From contig CAIKXV010000029.1 in assembly GCA_903831455.1 (NCBI GenBank), forward strand, positions 1,340 to 65,339: a DNA stretch of 64,000 nucleotides, written 5' to 3'. The stretch comes from an uncultured Pseudomonadota bacterium (GTDB lineage: Bacteria; Pseudomonadota; Gammaproteobacteria; Burkholderiales; CAIKXV01). Shown one piece after another: positions 1 through 11,484 of the stretch. Numbering within the stretch: position 1 is the first letter of the stretch; every line of letters starts with the position of its first letter. Under the pieces are notes generated by a model, which was not told the DNA's origin, made no database searches, and worked only from the letters and a program-made list of their open reading frames with translations. The position numbers and the translations under genes are program-made.

Positions 1-701
1 AGGCCCAGCCCGAGCGTGCCGAGGAAGGCGTCGGGCTCGCGCGCGAACTCGGCTGCGAACCGGAAGACCGCGTAGCCGAGCAGGAAAAGGCCCGACACCG
101 CGCCGGTCGGGCGCGGCGTGCGCGAGTACCACGCCAGCAGCGCGTAGAGCGCCACGCCCTCGAGGGCGAACTGGTAGAGCTGCGACGGATGGCGTGGCAG
201 GTGGTCGACGTGGGGGAAGATCATCGCCCAGGGCACGTCGGTCGCCCGCCCCCACAGTTCACCGTTGATGAAGTTGCCGATCCGACCCGCGGCCAGCCCG
301 AGGGGCACGAGCGGCGCGACGAAGTCGGTCAGCCGCAGCCAGGGCAGGCCTGCGGCGCGCGCGTAGAGCGCAATGGCCACCAGGACCCCGAGCAGGCCGC
401 CATGGAAGGACATGCCCCCCTCCCAGACCCGCAGGACCGCCAGCGGTTCGGCGAGGTAGTCGCCCGCACGGTAGAACAGGATGTAGCCCAGGCGCCCGCC
501 GACCACCACGCCGAGCACGCCGTAGAACAAGAGGTCGTCGACCTGATCGGGGCCCACGCCCCAGCGCGGCTCGTGGCGCGCGCGCTGGCGCCCCAGGAAC
601 AGGAACAGCCCGAAACCCAGCAGGTACATCAGGCCGTACCAGCGGATGGAAAGAGGGCCGATCGACAGCGCGACCGGGTCGAAATCGGGATAGATGAACA
701 T
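1..701 (-). CDS. lgt: Prolipoprotein diacylglyceryl transferase. The C-terminal end runs off the window, so it is absent from the ORF track.
   Basis: The reverse complement of 601-701 reads [34 protein letters not shown], the conserved Lgt N-terminus. The frame stays open to position 1. Confidence 0.85.
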   Translation of the reverse strand, partial: MFIYPDFDPVALSIGPLSIRWYGLMYLLGFGLFLFLGRQRARHEPRWGVGPDQVDDLLFYGVLGVVVGGRLGYILFYRAGDYLAEPLAVLRVWEGGMSFHGGLLGVLVAIALYARAAGLPWLRLTDFVAPLVPLGLAAGRIGNFINGELWGRATDVPWAMIFPHVDHLPRHPSQLYQFALEGVALYALLAWYSRTPRPTGAVSGLFLLGYAVFRFAAEFAREPDAFLGTLGLG

Positions 702-1139
702 GGCGGGATGGTAGCGCAGCGTCGTCACCTGCCCCGGGCTTCGAGCCGGCGCCGCGGGACCGGCCGCCGCCAGGCCAGGCGCAGCGGGGCCCGACGCCGC
801 GCGGGGCCCGACCGGGCCGGGTCCGCGCCGGCGTCGCATCGGCAGGCCCCGGCCACGCCCGCGCACGCCCGGCGGCGGCGGAGTGTCGGCAGCGGGACCG
901 ATGGCAGGCCCGGGGCCGGGGTACCGCGGCAGGTGGATGCCGGCAGGCGGTCGCCGCGCCGTGCGGGGCCTCGGGGTGCCGCTGCTATGATCGGCGCCGG
1001 CTTGCAAGGCTGCGCGCTATCTCCGGACCCGTGGATCGAGTCGATCCGGATGGCGGTCGATGCGCTCGCGCCACGCCCGATGACGACGATCCGCCGCCGC
1101 CCGCGCGGCTTCCCCCCGACATTGCAGGAGTACACCGAA

Positions 1140-2825
1140 ATGGCAGAGAACTGGCGCTCGAAGCTGATCACGCAGGGCGTGGCTCGCAGCCCCAACCGGG
1201 CCATGCTGCGCGCGGTTGGATTCGGTGACGGCGACTTCCAGAAGCCGATCGTCGGCGTGGCCAACACCCACTCGACCATGAACCCCTGCAATGCCGGCAT
1301 CCAGCCACTGGTCGACCGCGCGCTCGCCGCGCTGCGCGCCGCGGGCGCGATGCCGCAGGTCTTCGGCGCGCCGACCATCACCGATGGCATCGGCATGGGC
1401 ACCGAGGGGATGAAGTACTCCCTGGTCTCGCGCGAGGTGATCGCCGACGCCATCGAGTGCTCGGTCAACGGCCAGCTGATGGACGGCGTGGTCACCTTCG
1501 GCGGCTGCGACAAGAACATGCCCGGCTGCATGATCGGCATGGCCCGCATCAACGTGCCGGGCATCTTCGTCTACGCCGGCACCATCAAGCCGGGCCGCTG
1601 GAAGGGCGAGGACCTCACCATCGTCTCCGCCTTCGAGGCGGTGGGGGCGTACACCGCCGGCCGCATGTCCGAGGAGGACTTCGTCGGCATCGAGAAGAAC
1701 GCCTGCCCCACCGTGGGCGCCTGCGGCGGCATGTACACCGCCAACACGATGTCCTCGTCGTTCGAGGCGCTGGGCATGAGCCTGCTGGGCTCCTCGCAGA
1801 TCGCCTCGCCCGACCCGGAGAAGGCCGATTCGGCCGCCGCCTCGGCGCAGGTGCTGGTCGAGGCCATCGGCCGCAACCTGCGCCCGCGCGACATCATCAC
1901 CCGCGCCTCGATCGAGAACGCGGTGTCGCTGATCATGGCCACCGGCGGCTCGACCAACGCGGTCCTGCACTTCCTCGCCATCGCCTCGGCCGCCGAGGTC
2001 GACTGGACGATCGACGACTTCGAGCGGGTGCGCAAGCGCGTGCCGGTGCTGTGCGACCTCAAGCCCTCGGGGCGCTACGTGGCCACCGACTTCAACCGCG
2101 CCGGAGGCGTGCCGGTCGTGCTGAAGATGCTGCTCGACCGCGGCCTGGTCGACGGCAACTGCATGACCATCACCGGGCGACGACTCGGGGAGGAACTCGA
2201 GCGCCACCCGACCACCCGTCGCGAGGACCAGCAGGTCATCCGCGCCTGGGACAACCCGCTCTACACCGAGGGCCACCTCGCGATCCTCAAGGGCAACCTT
2301 TCGCCCGAGGGCTGCGTGGCGAAGGTGAGCGGCCTCAAGCAGCGCGCCATCACCGGCCCGGCGCGCGTGTTCGACTCCGAGAACGCCTGCATGGAGGCCA
2401 TCATGGCTCGTGGCATCCACGCCGGCGACGTCGTGGTGATCCGCTACGAGGGCCCGCGCGGCGGCCCCGGCATGCAGGAGATGCTCGCGCCCACCGCCGC
2501 CCTGATCGGGCAGGGGCTGGGCGACTCGGTCGGCCTGGTCACCGACGGGCGATTCTCCGGCGGCACCTGGGGCATGGTGGTCGGCCACGTGTCCCCCGAG
2601 GCTCAGGTGGGTGGCCCGATCGCGCTGGTGCGGGAAGGCGATTCCGTCACCATCGACGCCGACCGGCTGCTGATCCAGGTGAACGTGGACGACGCCGAGC
2701 TCGCCCGTCGCCGCGCGGCGTGGACGCCGCCGCCCCCTCGCTACCGCCGGGGCCTGATGGCCAAGTTCACCCACCTCGTGTCCAGCGCGAGCCGCGGGGC
2801 GGTCACCGACCGCTTCAACGAGTAG
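1140..2825 (+). CDS. ilvD: Dihydroxy-acid dehydratase
   Basis: [47 protein letters not shown] are typical IlvD/Edd motifs. GGAG lies about 10 nt upstream of ATG 1140. The 189-1139 part of the track ORF is a GC artefact. Confidence 0.95.
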   Translation: MAENWRSKLITQGVARSPNRAMLRAVGFGDGDFQKPIVGVANTHSTMNPCNAGIQPLVDRALAALRAAGAMPQVFGAPTITDGIGMGTEGMKYSLVSREVIADAIECSVNGQLMDGVVTFGGCDKNMPGCMIGMARINVPGIFVYAGTIKPGRWKGEDLTIVSAFEAVGAYTAGRMSEEDFVGIEKNACPTVGACGGMYTANTMSSSFEALGMSLLGSSQIASPDPEKADSAAASAQVLVEAIGRNLRPRDIITRASIENAVSLIMATGGSTNAVLHFLAIASAAEVDWTIDDFERVRKRVPVLCDLKPSGRYVATDFNRAGGVPVVLKMLLDRGLVDGNCMTITGRRLGEELERHPTTRREDQQVIRAWDNPLYTEGHLAILKGNLSPEGCVAKVSGLKQRAITGPARVFDSENACMEAIMARGIHAGDVVVIRYEGPRGGPGMQEMLAPTAALIGQGLGDSVGLVTDGRFSGGTWGMVVGHVSPEAQVGGPIALVREGDSVTIDADRLLIQVNVDDAELARRRAAWTPPPPRYRRGLMAKFTHLVSSASRGAVTDRFNE

Positions 2826-2968
2826 GGGACGGGGCGGGGCGGGGGCCCGCCGGCGGGCGATCCGGGTACGGCGGGGGCAGGCCGCCCCCGGGTCGCGACG
2901 CCCTGAACTAAAGTACAGCGCGGAGGCGCCGCTATCCCGGTACCAGCCTCCTCCTCTGGACCTCCCTC

Positions 2969-3922
2969 ATGCCCCTGCAGCCGCTGCGCAAGGACGAACT
3001 GATCCTCGGCCAGCCCGCGCCCTACTCGGTCTTCGACGCGGACCGGGTGCTGCTGCTCGCCCGGGGCTGCGTGATCGCCTCCCAGAACGTACTGGACACC
3101 TTGCGCGAACAGGGCATGTTCTCATCCGAGGAGAAGCCCTCGGGCGCGAACCTCGGGCGCCTTTATCGGCCCTCGGTCGCGCAGGTGCTCGACGGCGAGT
3201 CGGCCCCGCGCCGCGGCACTGCGCCCGGCGCGCTGCCGATCGCACAGTCCGGCGGAGGCGACGCAGTGCAGACGGTGATGCCGTTCATCGAGACCGCGAT
3301 GCGCATCGGCGACACGCTGCAGATGCGCTTCGACGACGGCTCGCCGGAGCGCTACGCGGTACGCCTGATCGGTGCGGTCGACCGCAAGAGCGTGCTCGTC
3401 ACCCACCCCCAGAACGAGGGGCGGATGATGTTCATCAAGGACGGCCAGACGCTGGGTTTCACCGGCATGCGCGGCAAGCACGCCTATGCCTTCGATGCGC
3501 CGGTGCTGCGCTGCCAGCTCTCGCCGTTTCCGTACATGCACCTGGCCTATCCGCAGCAGGTGCGCACCACCACCATCCGCAAGGCACATCGGGTCGAGCT
3601 CAACGGCGTGGCCTCGATCGGACGCGCGGACGGCAAGGGGCGGCTGGCCTGCAACCTGCGCGACCTCAGCGTCGGCGGAGCGCTGCTGACCGTGCCCAAG
3701 CCGCTGGCCGACTATGGGACCGAGGTCAGCATTGCCTTCCGCCTGAATATCGACGACGCACCGGTGACCATCGAGGTCCAGGGCATCGTGCGCTCGGTCC
3801 GGCCCGCGGAGGAACCGGGCGCGAGCTTCCGGCCCTGCGGAGTCGAGTTCATCAACGTGCCGACCGACCTGCGGCGGATGCTGCAGTTGTTCGTCTACGA
3901 GTCGCTGCTCGCCGAGCGCTGA
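2969..3922 (+). CDS. PilZ-domain protein (YcgR-like: N-terminal extension, PilZN-like middle, C-terminal PilZ); putative c-di-GMP effector
   Basis: The c-di-GMP binding signature RxxxR..D/NxSxGG is present as 'RKAHRV ... NLRDLSVGGALL'. A PilZN-like beta-barrel segment precedes it. Confidence 0.8.
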   Translation: MPLQPLRKDELILGQPAPYSVFDADRVLLLARGCVIASQNVLDTLREQGMFSSEEKPSGANLGRLYRPSVAQVLDGESAPRRGTAPGALPIAQSGGGDAVQTVMPFIETAMRIGDTLQMRFDDGSPERYAVRLIGAVDRKSVLVTHPQNEGRMMFIKDGQTLGFTGMRGKHAYAFDAPVLRCQLSPFPYMHLAYPQQVRTTTIRKAHRVELNGVASIGRADGKGRLACNLRDLSVGGALLTVPKPLADYGTEVSIAFRLNIDDAPVTIEVQGIVRSVRPAEEPGASFRPCGVEFINVPTDLRRMLQLFVYESLLAER

Positions 3923-3993
3923 TGCCCCGGGGTGCCGCGGACCGGGCCCGGCGCCATCCGGGGCCCCCGCCGCGGCCTGTCGTCGGGCGCGCC

Positions 3994-4008
3994 TGGCACG
4001 CGAACGCG
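3994..4008 (+). promoter_or_regulatory. Weak sigma54-like element (TGGCACG-N4-CGCG; GG-N10-GC spacing holds)
   Basis: TGGCACGcgaaCGCG lies about 150 nt upstream of the cytochrome c551 ATG. The -12 element is degenerate (CGCG instead of TTGC). Confidence 0.2.
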
Positions 4009-4152
4009 GACAGGTCGGGTCGCAGCCCCGCGACGGACCAACGGTCCGCCGACAGTCCCGGCGCCACCGGCGGACCCTCCGACGGCGGAACCGCCGCCCG
4101 ACCCGCTCCGACGCTGGGCTATACTCGCGCGCGTCGCAATCGGGAGACCTCG

Positions 4153-4485
4153 ATGAAACGTACCCTTCGTTCGCTCGCCCTCGCCGCGATGCTCGCCGCC
4201 GGGTCGACCCCGTTTGCCTTCGCCCAGGACGCCGGCAAGGGCAAGGAACTGATGTCCAGGAGCGGATGCCTGGGCTGTCACGCCAACGACAAGAAGGTCG
4301 TCGGCCCCGGCTACCTCGAGATCGCCACCAAGTATCGCGGCGTCAAGGGTGCCGAGGACAAGCTGGTCGCGCACATCATCCAGGGCGGTGCCGGCGTCTG
4401 GGGCCCGATCCCGATGCCTCCGCACAAGCATATCGCCGAGGCGGATGTCCGCGCGATGGTGCGCTACGTGCTCAGCCTGAAGTAG
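4153..4485 (+). CDS. Cytochrome c551/c8-type monohaem cytochrome (periplasmic)
   Basis: It has a signal peptide (MKRTLRSLALAAMLAAGSTPFAFA). CLGCHANDKKVVGPGYLEIATKY..GVWGPIPMPP closely follows the Pseudomonas c551 pattern. GGGAGA RBS and a TATACT -10 lie upstream. Confidence 0.9.
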   Translation: MKRTLRSLALAAMLAAGSTPFAFAQDAGKGKELMSRSGCLGCHANDKKVVGPGYLEIATKYRGVKGAEDKLVAHIIQGGAGVWGPIPMPPHKHIAEADVRAMVRYVLSLK

Positions 4486-4512
4486 GGGGATTCGGTCCCG
4501 TTCGCCGCAATC

Positions 4513-4549
4513 GCGAAGCCGGCACACGATGCCGGCTTCGCCGTTTTCC
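4513..4549 (+). terminator. Rho-independent terminator after the cytochrome c551 gene
   Basis: GCGAAGCCGGCA-cacga-TGCCGGCTTCGC forms a 12-bp perfect stem with a 5-nt loop, followed by CGTTTTCC. Confidence 0.65.
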
Positions 4550-4617
4550 GGGGTTGACCCCTCCCCGGACACCGCAGTTGAAGTACACCACGACAGCCCA
4601 ACGCCCCGGAGACCGCG

Positions 4618-5862
4618 ATGATGCCCACGACCCGACGCACCACGATCGCCCTGCTTGCCGCCGCGCTGGTGGCAGCGGGCTGCGGCAAGCAGGAGCCGCC
4701 GAAGCCGGCCGCCGACGCGCCCAAGCCGCCGCCGGAGCTCACCGTGCGCATCGGCATGGCCGCGCCGCTCACCGGTCCCCAGGGACACCTGGGCAAGGAC
4801 GTCGAGAACGGTGCCCGGCTGGCGATCGAAGAGGCCAACGCCGCGAACATCGTCGTCGGCGGCAACCGCCTGCGCTTCGAACTGGTGGCCGAGGATGACG
4901 AGGCCTCCGGCACCAAGGCCACCGTGGTCGCCCAGTCCTTCGTCGACCGCAAGGTGGTCGCGGTCATCGGACACATGAACTCCGGCGCGAGCATCCCCGC
5001 CTCCAAGATCTACAGCGACGCCGGGATCGCGCAGGTCTCGCCGTCGGCGACTGCCATCAGCTACACCGCACAGGGCTTCCGGACCACCTTCCGTGTAATG
5101 GCAAACGACTCGCAGCAGGGGCGCGTGCTCGGCGAGTACGCGGTGCGGCAACTCGGCGCCAAGCGCGTGGCGATCATCGACGATCGCACGGCCTACGGCC
5201 AGGGGCTCGCCGACGAGGTCGAGCGCGCGGTGAAGGCCGCGGGCGGACAGGTCGTGGGACGCGAGTACACCACCGACAAGGCCACCGACTTCCGCTCGAT
5301 CCTCACCAGCCTGCGCGCACGCAAGCCCGACCTGGTGTTCTTCGGCGGGATGGACGCCCAGTTCGGCCCGATGGTCGAGCAGGCGCGCACCCTGCGGCTG
5401 CAGGCCCAGCTGATGGGCGGCGACGGCGTGCAGAGCGCCCAGTTCATCAAGCTCGCCGGCGCGGCCGCCGACGGCGTGGTCGCCTCTTCGCCCGGCCTGC
5501 CGCTCGACAAGATGCCCGGCGGCGCGGCGTTCGCCGACAAGTTCAAGGCGAAATTCAACACCGACATCCAGATCTACGCCCCCTTCGCCTACGACGCCAC
5601 CTGGGCGGTGATCGAGGCGATCAAGGCGGCCGGTTCGGCCGAACCCGCCCGCCTCCTCGAGGCGCTGGGCAAGCGCGAGCATCGCGGCGTCACCGGCGTG
5701 ATCGCCTTCGACGAGAAGGGCGACATCCGCGGAGGCGGTGTCACGCTGTACTCGGTCAAGGGCGGCGCCTGGCAGACGCTCGAGACCATCGGTGGCGCTG
5801 CGCCGGCCGAGGCCCCCGCCCCCGCGCCCGCGGCAGCCCCGGCGCCCGCCCCGGCCAAGTAG
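4618..5862 (+). CDS. livK: Branched-chain amino acid ABC transporter substrate-binding lipoprotein (LivK/BraC family)
   Basis: A lipobox is present (LLAAALVAAGCGK). The body is Peripla_BP_6-like (GHMNSGASIPASKIY..VAIIDDRTAYGQGLAD..). The four cognate transporter genes follow. Confidence 0.9.
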   Translation: MMPTTRRTTIALLAAALVAAGCGKQEPPKPAADAPKPPPELTVRIGMAAPLTGPQGHLGKDVENGARLAIEEANAANIVVGGNRLRFELVAEDDEASGTKATVVAQSFVDRKVVAVIGHMNSGASIPASKIYSDAGIAQVSPSATAISYTAQGFRTTFRVMANDSQQGRVLGEYAVRQLGAKRVAIIDDRTAYGQGLADEVERAVKAAGGQVVGREYTTDKATDFRSILTSLRARKPDLVFFGGMDAQFGPMVEQARTLRLQAQLMGGDGVQSAQFIKLAGAAADGVVASSPGLPLDKMPGGAAFADKFKAKFNTDIQIYAPFAYDATWAVIEAIKAAGSAEPARLLEALGKREHRGVTGVIAFDEKGDIRGGGVTLYSVKGGAWQTLETIGGAAPAEAPAPAPAAAPAPAPAK

Positions 5863-5898
5863 CCGGCGGCGGCCGGCTTCGCCGGCCGACCCGTTCCA

Positions 5899-5926
5899 GC
5901 CCGTCGACGCCCGCCGGTCGACGGGC
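5899..5926 (+). promoter_or_regulatory. Intercistronic stem-loop between livK and livH
   Basis: GCCCGTCGAC-gcccgccg-GTCGACGGGC forms a 10-bp stem with no T-run. An alternative pairing GACGCCCG/CGGGCGTC is also possible. Confidence 0.4.
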
Positions 5927-5961
5927 GTCTGGCGAAGACCGATCCCGCGGAGGGCACTGCC

Positions 5962-6888
5962 ATCGACATCCTGGTCCAGCAGCTGGTCAACGGCGTCGTG
6001 CTTGGCAGCATCTATGCGCTGGTCGCCCTCGGCTACACGATGGTGTATGGCATCCTGGGGCTGATCAACTTCGCCCACGGCGAGGTCGTGATGGTCGGCG
6101 CGCTGGTCGCGATCACGGCAATCGGCGTGCTGGGTCCGGCAACCGGCTTGCCCGGCCCGCTCCTGCTGCTCGTCGCGCTGGGGGTCTCGGTGCTGGCCTG
6201 CATGCTGCTGGGTGCGCTGCTCGAAAGGGTCGCCTACCGCCCGCTGCGCGAGGCGCCGCGCCTCACCGCCCTCATCACCGCGATCGGCATGTCGATCGTG
6301 ATCCAGAACCTCGCGATGCTGGCGTGGGGACGGCAGTACCTGTCCTTCCCGGCCCTCCTGCCGAACGAGCCGATGATCCTCCTCGGTGCGACGGTCACCG
6401 GCACGCAGCTGATCATCGTCGCGCTCACCGCGCTGGCGATGGTCGTGCTGATGGGGCTGGTCAACCGGACCCGGCTGGGCCGCGCAATGCGAGCAACGGC
6501 GCAGAGCCCGGCGCTCGCCTCGCTGATGGGCGTGAATGTCGACCGCATCGTGGTCGTCACCTTCCTGGTCGGCTCGGCGCTGGCCGCGCTCGCGGGCGTG
6601 ATGGTGGCGGGCTACTACGGGCAGGCGCACTACCACATGGGTTTCATGCTCGGGCTCAAGGCATTCACCGCGGCCGTGCTGGGCGGCATCGGCAACATCC
6701 CGGGTGCCATGGTCGGCGGCCTCGCGCTGGGCGTGATCGAAAGCCTCGGCGCCGGCTACATCGGGGCCCTGACCGGTGGCTTCCTCGGCAGCCACTACCA
6801 GGACGTCTTCGCATTCGCGGTGCTGGTGCTGGTGCTGGTCTTCCGCCCCTCGGGGCTGCTCGGAGAGCGGGTCGCCGACCGTGCGTGA
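5962..6888 (+). CDS. livH: Branched-chain amino acid ABC transporter permease. The start appears to be ATC 5962; the track start GTG 5998 would truncate conserved TM1.
   Basis: (I)DILVQQLVNGVVLGSIYALVALGYTMVYGILGLINFAHGE matches the LivH N-terminus, which I recall as typically MDI..QQ..NG. GGAGGG at 5949-5954 lies 7 nt before ATC 5962. There is no in-frame ATG, GTG or TTG between the livK stop and 5998. Confidence 0.85.
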   Translation: MDILVQQLVNGVVLGSIYALVALGYTMVYGILGLINFAHGEVVMVGALVAITAIGVLGPATGLPGPLLLLVALGVSVLACMLLGALLERVAYRPLREAPRLTALITAIGMSIVIQNLAMLAWGRQYLSFPALLPNEPMILLGATVTGTQLIIVALTALAMVVLMGLVNRTRLGRAMRATAQSPALASLMGVNVDRIVVVTFLVGSALAALAGVMVAGYYGQAHYHMGFMLGLKAFTAAVLGGIGNIPGAMVGGLALGVIESLGAGYIGALTGGFLGSHYQDVFAFAVLVLVLVFRPSGLLGERVADRA

Positions 6889-7963
6889 TCCCCGGCGACT
6901 GCGCCTGGTCGGCCTCGCGCTGGGCCTGCTCGCGCTGCTGCTCGCCCCCTTCCTGGTCGACGCGCTGCTCGGTCGCGCGTGGGTACGAGTGCTCGATCTC
7001 GTGCTGCTCTACGCGATGCTGGCGCTGGGACTGAACATCGTCGTCGGCTATGCCGGACTGCTCGATCTCGGCTTCGTCGCCTTCTTCGCCGTCGGCGCCT
7101 ACCTGTACGCACTCTGTGCATCGCCCCACTTCGGGCTGCACCTGCCCTTCTGGCTGCTGCTGCCCGCAGCCGCACTGCTCGCCGCCGGGGTCGGCGTGCT
7201 GCTGGGCGCGCCCACGCTGCGCCTGCGCGGCGACTACCTGGCGATCGTCACCCTCGGCTTCGGGGAGATCATCCGCATCTTCCTCAACAACCTGAACGCG
7301 CCGGTCAACCTGACCAACGGCCCACAGGGCATCACGATGATCCGACCCATCGAGATCGCCGGCGTGTCGATGGCCCGCCCCGTGGAACTCGCCGGGCTGA
7401 CGGTGCCGTCGCTGCACCTGTACTACTACCTGTTCCTCGGGTTCGCGGCGCTGGCGCTGGTGGTGTCCTCGCGGCTGGAGGATTCGCGCATCGGCCGCGC
7501 GTGGATCGCCATCCGCGAAGACGAGGTCGCGGCGCGCGCCTGCGGAGTGAACACGCGGGATCTCAAGCTGCTCGCCTTCGCGCTGGGCGCGAGCTTCGGC
7601 GGAGTGGCCGGTGCGCTGTATGCGAGCTTCCAGGGCTTCGTGAGCCCGGAGAGTTTCGGCCTGACCGAGTCCGTCATGATCCTCTGCATGGTGGTGCTGG
7701 GCGGCATGGGGCACGTGCGCGGCGTCGTGCTGGGTGCCGCCCTCCTGGTGGCCCTGCCCGAGGCGCTGCGCTACACCGGCCCGCTGCAGCGCGCGCTGCT
7801 GGGCAGCGTGTACATCGAGCCCTCCGACCTGCGACTGCTGCTCTTCGGCCTCGCACTCGTGCTGGTGGCGCGCTGGCGGCCCGCCGGCCTGTGGCCCTCG
7901 CCGGTGCGCAGGCGCGAACTGGCCGAACGGCACGCGCCGGGCGGCCCGGAGTCCGCGCAATGA
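6881..7963 (+). CDS. livM: Branched-chain amino acid ABC transporter permease
   Basis: LGLNIVVGYAGLLDLGFVAFFAVGAY is the LivM signature. GTG 6881 overlaps the livH stop (GTGCGTGA). Confidence 0.9.
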   Translation: MRDPRRLRLVGLALGLLALLLAPFLVDALLGRAWVRVLDLVLLYAMLALGLNIVVGYAGLLDLGFVAFFAVGAYLYALCASPHFGLHLPFWLLLPAAALLAAGVGVLLGAPTLRLRGDYLAIVTLGFGEIIRIFLNNLNAPVNLTNGPQGITMIRPIEIAGVSMARPVELAGLTVPSLHLYYYLFLGFAALALVVSSRLEDSRIGRAWIAIREDEVAARACGVNTRDLKLLAFALGASFGGVAGALYASFQGFVSPESFGLTESVMILCMVVLGGMGHVRGVVLGAALLVALPEALRYTGPLQRALLGSVYIEPSDLRLLLFGLALVLVARWRPAGLWPSPVRRRELAERHAPGGPESAQ

Positions 7964-8745
7964 GCACGTCGCCCGCGCTGCACCTCGACGATATCGCGCG
8001 CGCGTTCGGCGGCGTCCAGGCGCTCTCGGGGGTATCGCTATCGGTACCCGCAGGATGCATCTACGGGCTCATCGGCCCGAACGGGGCCGGCAAGACCACG
8101 CTGTTCAACGTCGTCACCGGGTTCGTCGCTGCCGATCGCGGCCGCTGCCTGCTGCATGGCCTTCCGATCACCGGTCTCTCGGTGCACGAGGTCACGGCGC
8201 GGGGGCTGGCGCGCACCTTCCAGAACATCCGCCTGTTCGGCGAGATGACGGCACTCGAGAACGTGATGGTCGGGCTTCACCGGCAGGGACGTGCGGGCGT
8301 CCTGGCCTCCGTCCTGCGCACTGCGGCTGCGCGGCGCGAGCAGGCGGGTTTCGTCGAGCGTGCGATGGCGCTGCTCGATCGCGTCGGCGCGGGTGCGCAG
8401 GCCTCGCGCCGCGCGGGCACGCTCGCCTACGGGCTGCAGCGGCGGGTCGAGATCGCGCGCGCCCTGGCCACCGGGCCGCGCGTGCTGGCCCTCGACGAGC
8501 CGGCGGCGGGAATGAACGCCTCCGAGACCGACGGCCTGCGCGAGCTGATCGCCTCGCTGCGCAACGACGGACTCACCGTGCTGCTGATCGAGCACGACAT
8601 GCGACTCGTCATGGGCCTGTGCGACCGGGTTGCCGTCCTCGACCGCGGTCGGCTGATCGCGGAAGGGCCGCCCGCGGCCGTGAGGACCGACCCTGCGGTC
8701 ATAGAAGCCTATCTCGGCCATGCACCGGTCGGGGAGGGGCACTGA
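7960..8745 (+). CDS. livG: Branched-chain amino acid ABC transporter ATP-binding protein
   Basis: Walker A GPNGAGKTT, signature LAYGLQRRVEIARAL, Walker B LALDEPAAG. There is an ATGA overlap with livM. Confidence 0.9.
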   Translation: MSTSPALHLDDIARAFGGVQALSGVSLSVPAGCIYGLIGPNGAGKTTLFNVVTGFVAADRGRCLLHGLPITGLSVHEVTARGLARTFQNIRLFGEMTALENVMVGLHRQGRAGVLASVLRTAAARREQAGFVERAMALLDRVGAGAQASRRAGTLAYGLQRRVEIARALATGPRVLALDEPAAGMNASETDGLRELIASLRNDGLTVLLIEHDMRLVMGLCDRVAVLDRGRLIAEGPPAAVRTDPAVIEAYLGHAPVGEGH

Positions 8746-9446
8746 TGCTCGAGGTCCGTGGCCTCGCGCTCGCCTACGACGGCATCGCCGCCGTGCGCGA
8801 ACTCGACCTCGACGTGGCGGCCGGCGAGCGGGTCGCCGTGATCGGCGCCAACGGGGCGGGCAAGTCGACCACCCTCAAGGGCCTCGCCGGCCTGATGCAT
8901 CCCCGAGCCGGGAGCATCCGGCTCAACGGCGAGGACATCACCCGGCAGCCCGCCCACGAGCGCGTATGCCGCGGCCTGAGCCTGGTGCCCGAGGGCCGGG
9001 GGGTGTTCGCGCGACTGACCGTGGCGGAGAACCTCGACATGGGCGCCTACCTGCGCGTCGACCCCGGGATCGAGGGCGATCTCGATCGCTGCTACTCGAT
9101 GTTTCCACGGCTGCACGAACGCCGCCGCCAGCTCGCGGGCACGCTGTCCGGCGGCGAGCAGCAGATGCTCGCGATCGCGCGCGCGCTGATGTCGCGCCCA
9201 TCGCTGCTGCTGCTCGACGAGCCCAGCATGGGGCTCGCCCCGCAGGTCACCACTCGCATCTTCGAGGCGATCGCGGACATCTCGGCCGGCGGCGTCGCCA
9301 TCCTGCTGGTCGAGCAGAACGCGCGGGCTGCGCTGGAGCTGTCCAGCCGGGGCTACGTGCTCGAGGGGGGGCGGGTGGCCCTGGCGGGCGACGCGCGCGA
9401 CCTGCTCGCCAGCTCCGCGGTGCGCCGCGCCTACTTGGGCGAGTAG
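8745..9446 (+). CDS. livF: Branched-chain amino acid ABC transporter ATP-binding protein
   Basis: Walker A GANGAGKST, signature LSGGEQQMLAIARAL, Walker B LLLDEPSMGL. There is a TGATG junction with livG. Confidence 0.9.
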   Translation: MLEVRGLALAYDGIAAVRELDLDVAAGERVAVIGANGAGKSTTLKGLAGLMHPRAGSIRLNGEDITRQPAHERVCRGLSLVPEGRGVFARLTVAENLDMGAYLRVDPGIEGDLDRCYSMFPRLHERRRQLAGTLSGGEQQMLAIARALMSRPSLLLLDEPSMGLAPQVTTRIFEAIADISAGGVAILLVEQNARAALELSSRGYVLEGGRVALAGDARDLLASSAVRRAYLGE

Positions 9447-9488
9447 GCGACGCCACGTCTGGACGCCGTCGCGCCTTTCCCCTAGAGT

Positions 9489-11459
<1,971 letters not shown>

Positions 11460-11484
11460 CCCCCGCCCGCCCCCCCGAAACGAC

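Noticed and set aside
784-812. A direct 12-nt repeat GCGGGGCCCGAC x2, and other G/C-rich reiterations, in the 438-bp lgt-ilvD spacer; possible REP-like element or leader.
   Set aside because: It is short and embedded in generally low-complexity GC-rich sequence. There is no inverted-repeat partner and no Ile/Val/Leu-rich leader peptide. The evidence is insufficient for any element.
189-1139. An N-terminal 317-codon extension of the ilvD ORF in the track.
   Set aside because: The extension is Arg/Pro/Ala-rich and unlike IlvD. It overlaps the lgt coding region on the other strand. The conserved IlvD N-terminus begins at ATG 1140, which has a GGAG RBS.
3895-6795. Very long antisense ORFs in the track. 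Examples: 966 aa at 3895-6795 (-), 1723 aa at 51851-57022 (-), 1146 aa at 27442-30882 (-), 994 aa at 46696-49680 (-), 814 aa at 60051-62495 (-), 792 aa at 11392-13770 (-).
   Set aside because: Their translations are Arg/Gly/Ala/Pro/His-rich low complexity with no recognisable motifs. The opposite strand encodes strongly conserved proteins (livKH, gltB, lptD/surA, pilQ, priA, STK1). Stop-poor antisense frames are expected at this GC content.
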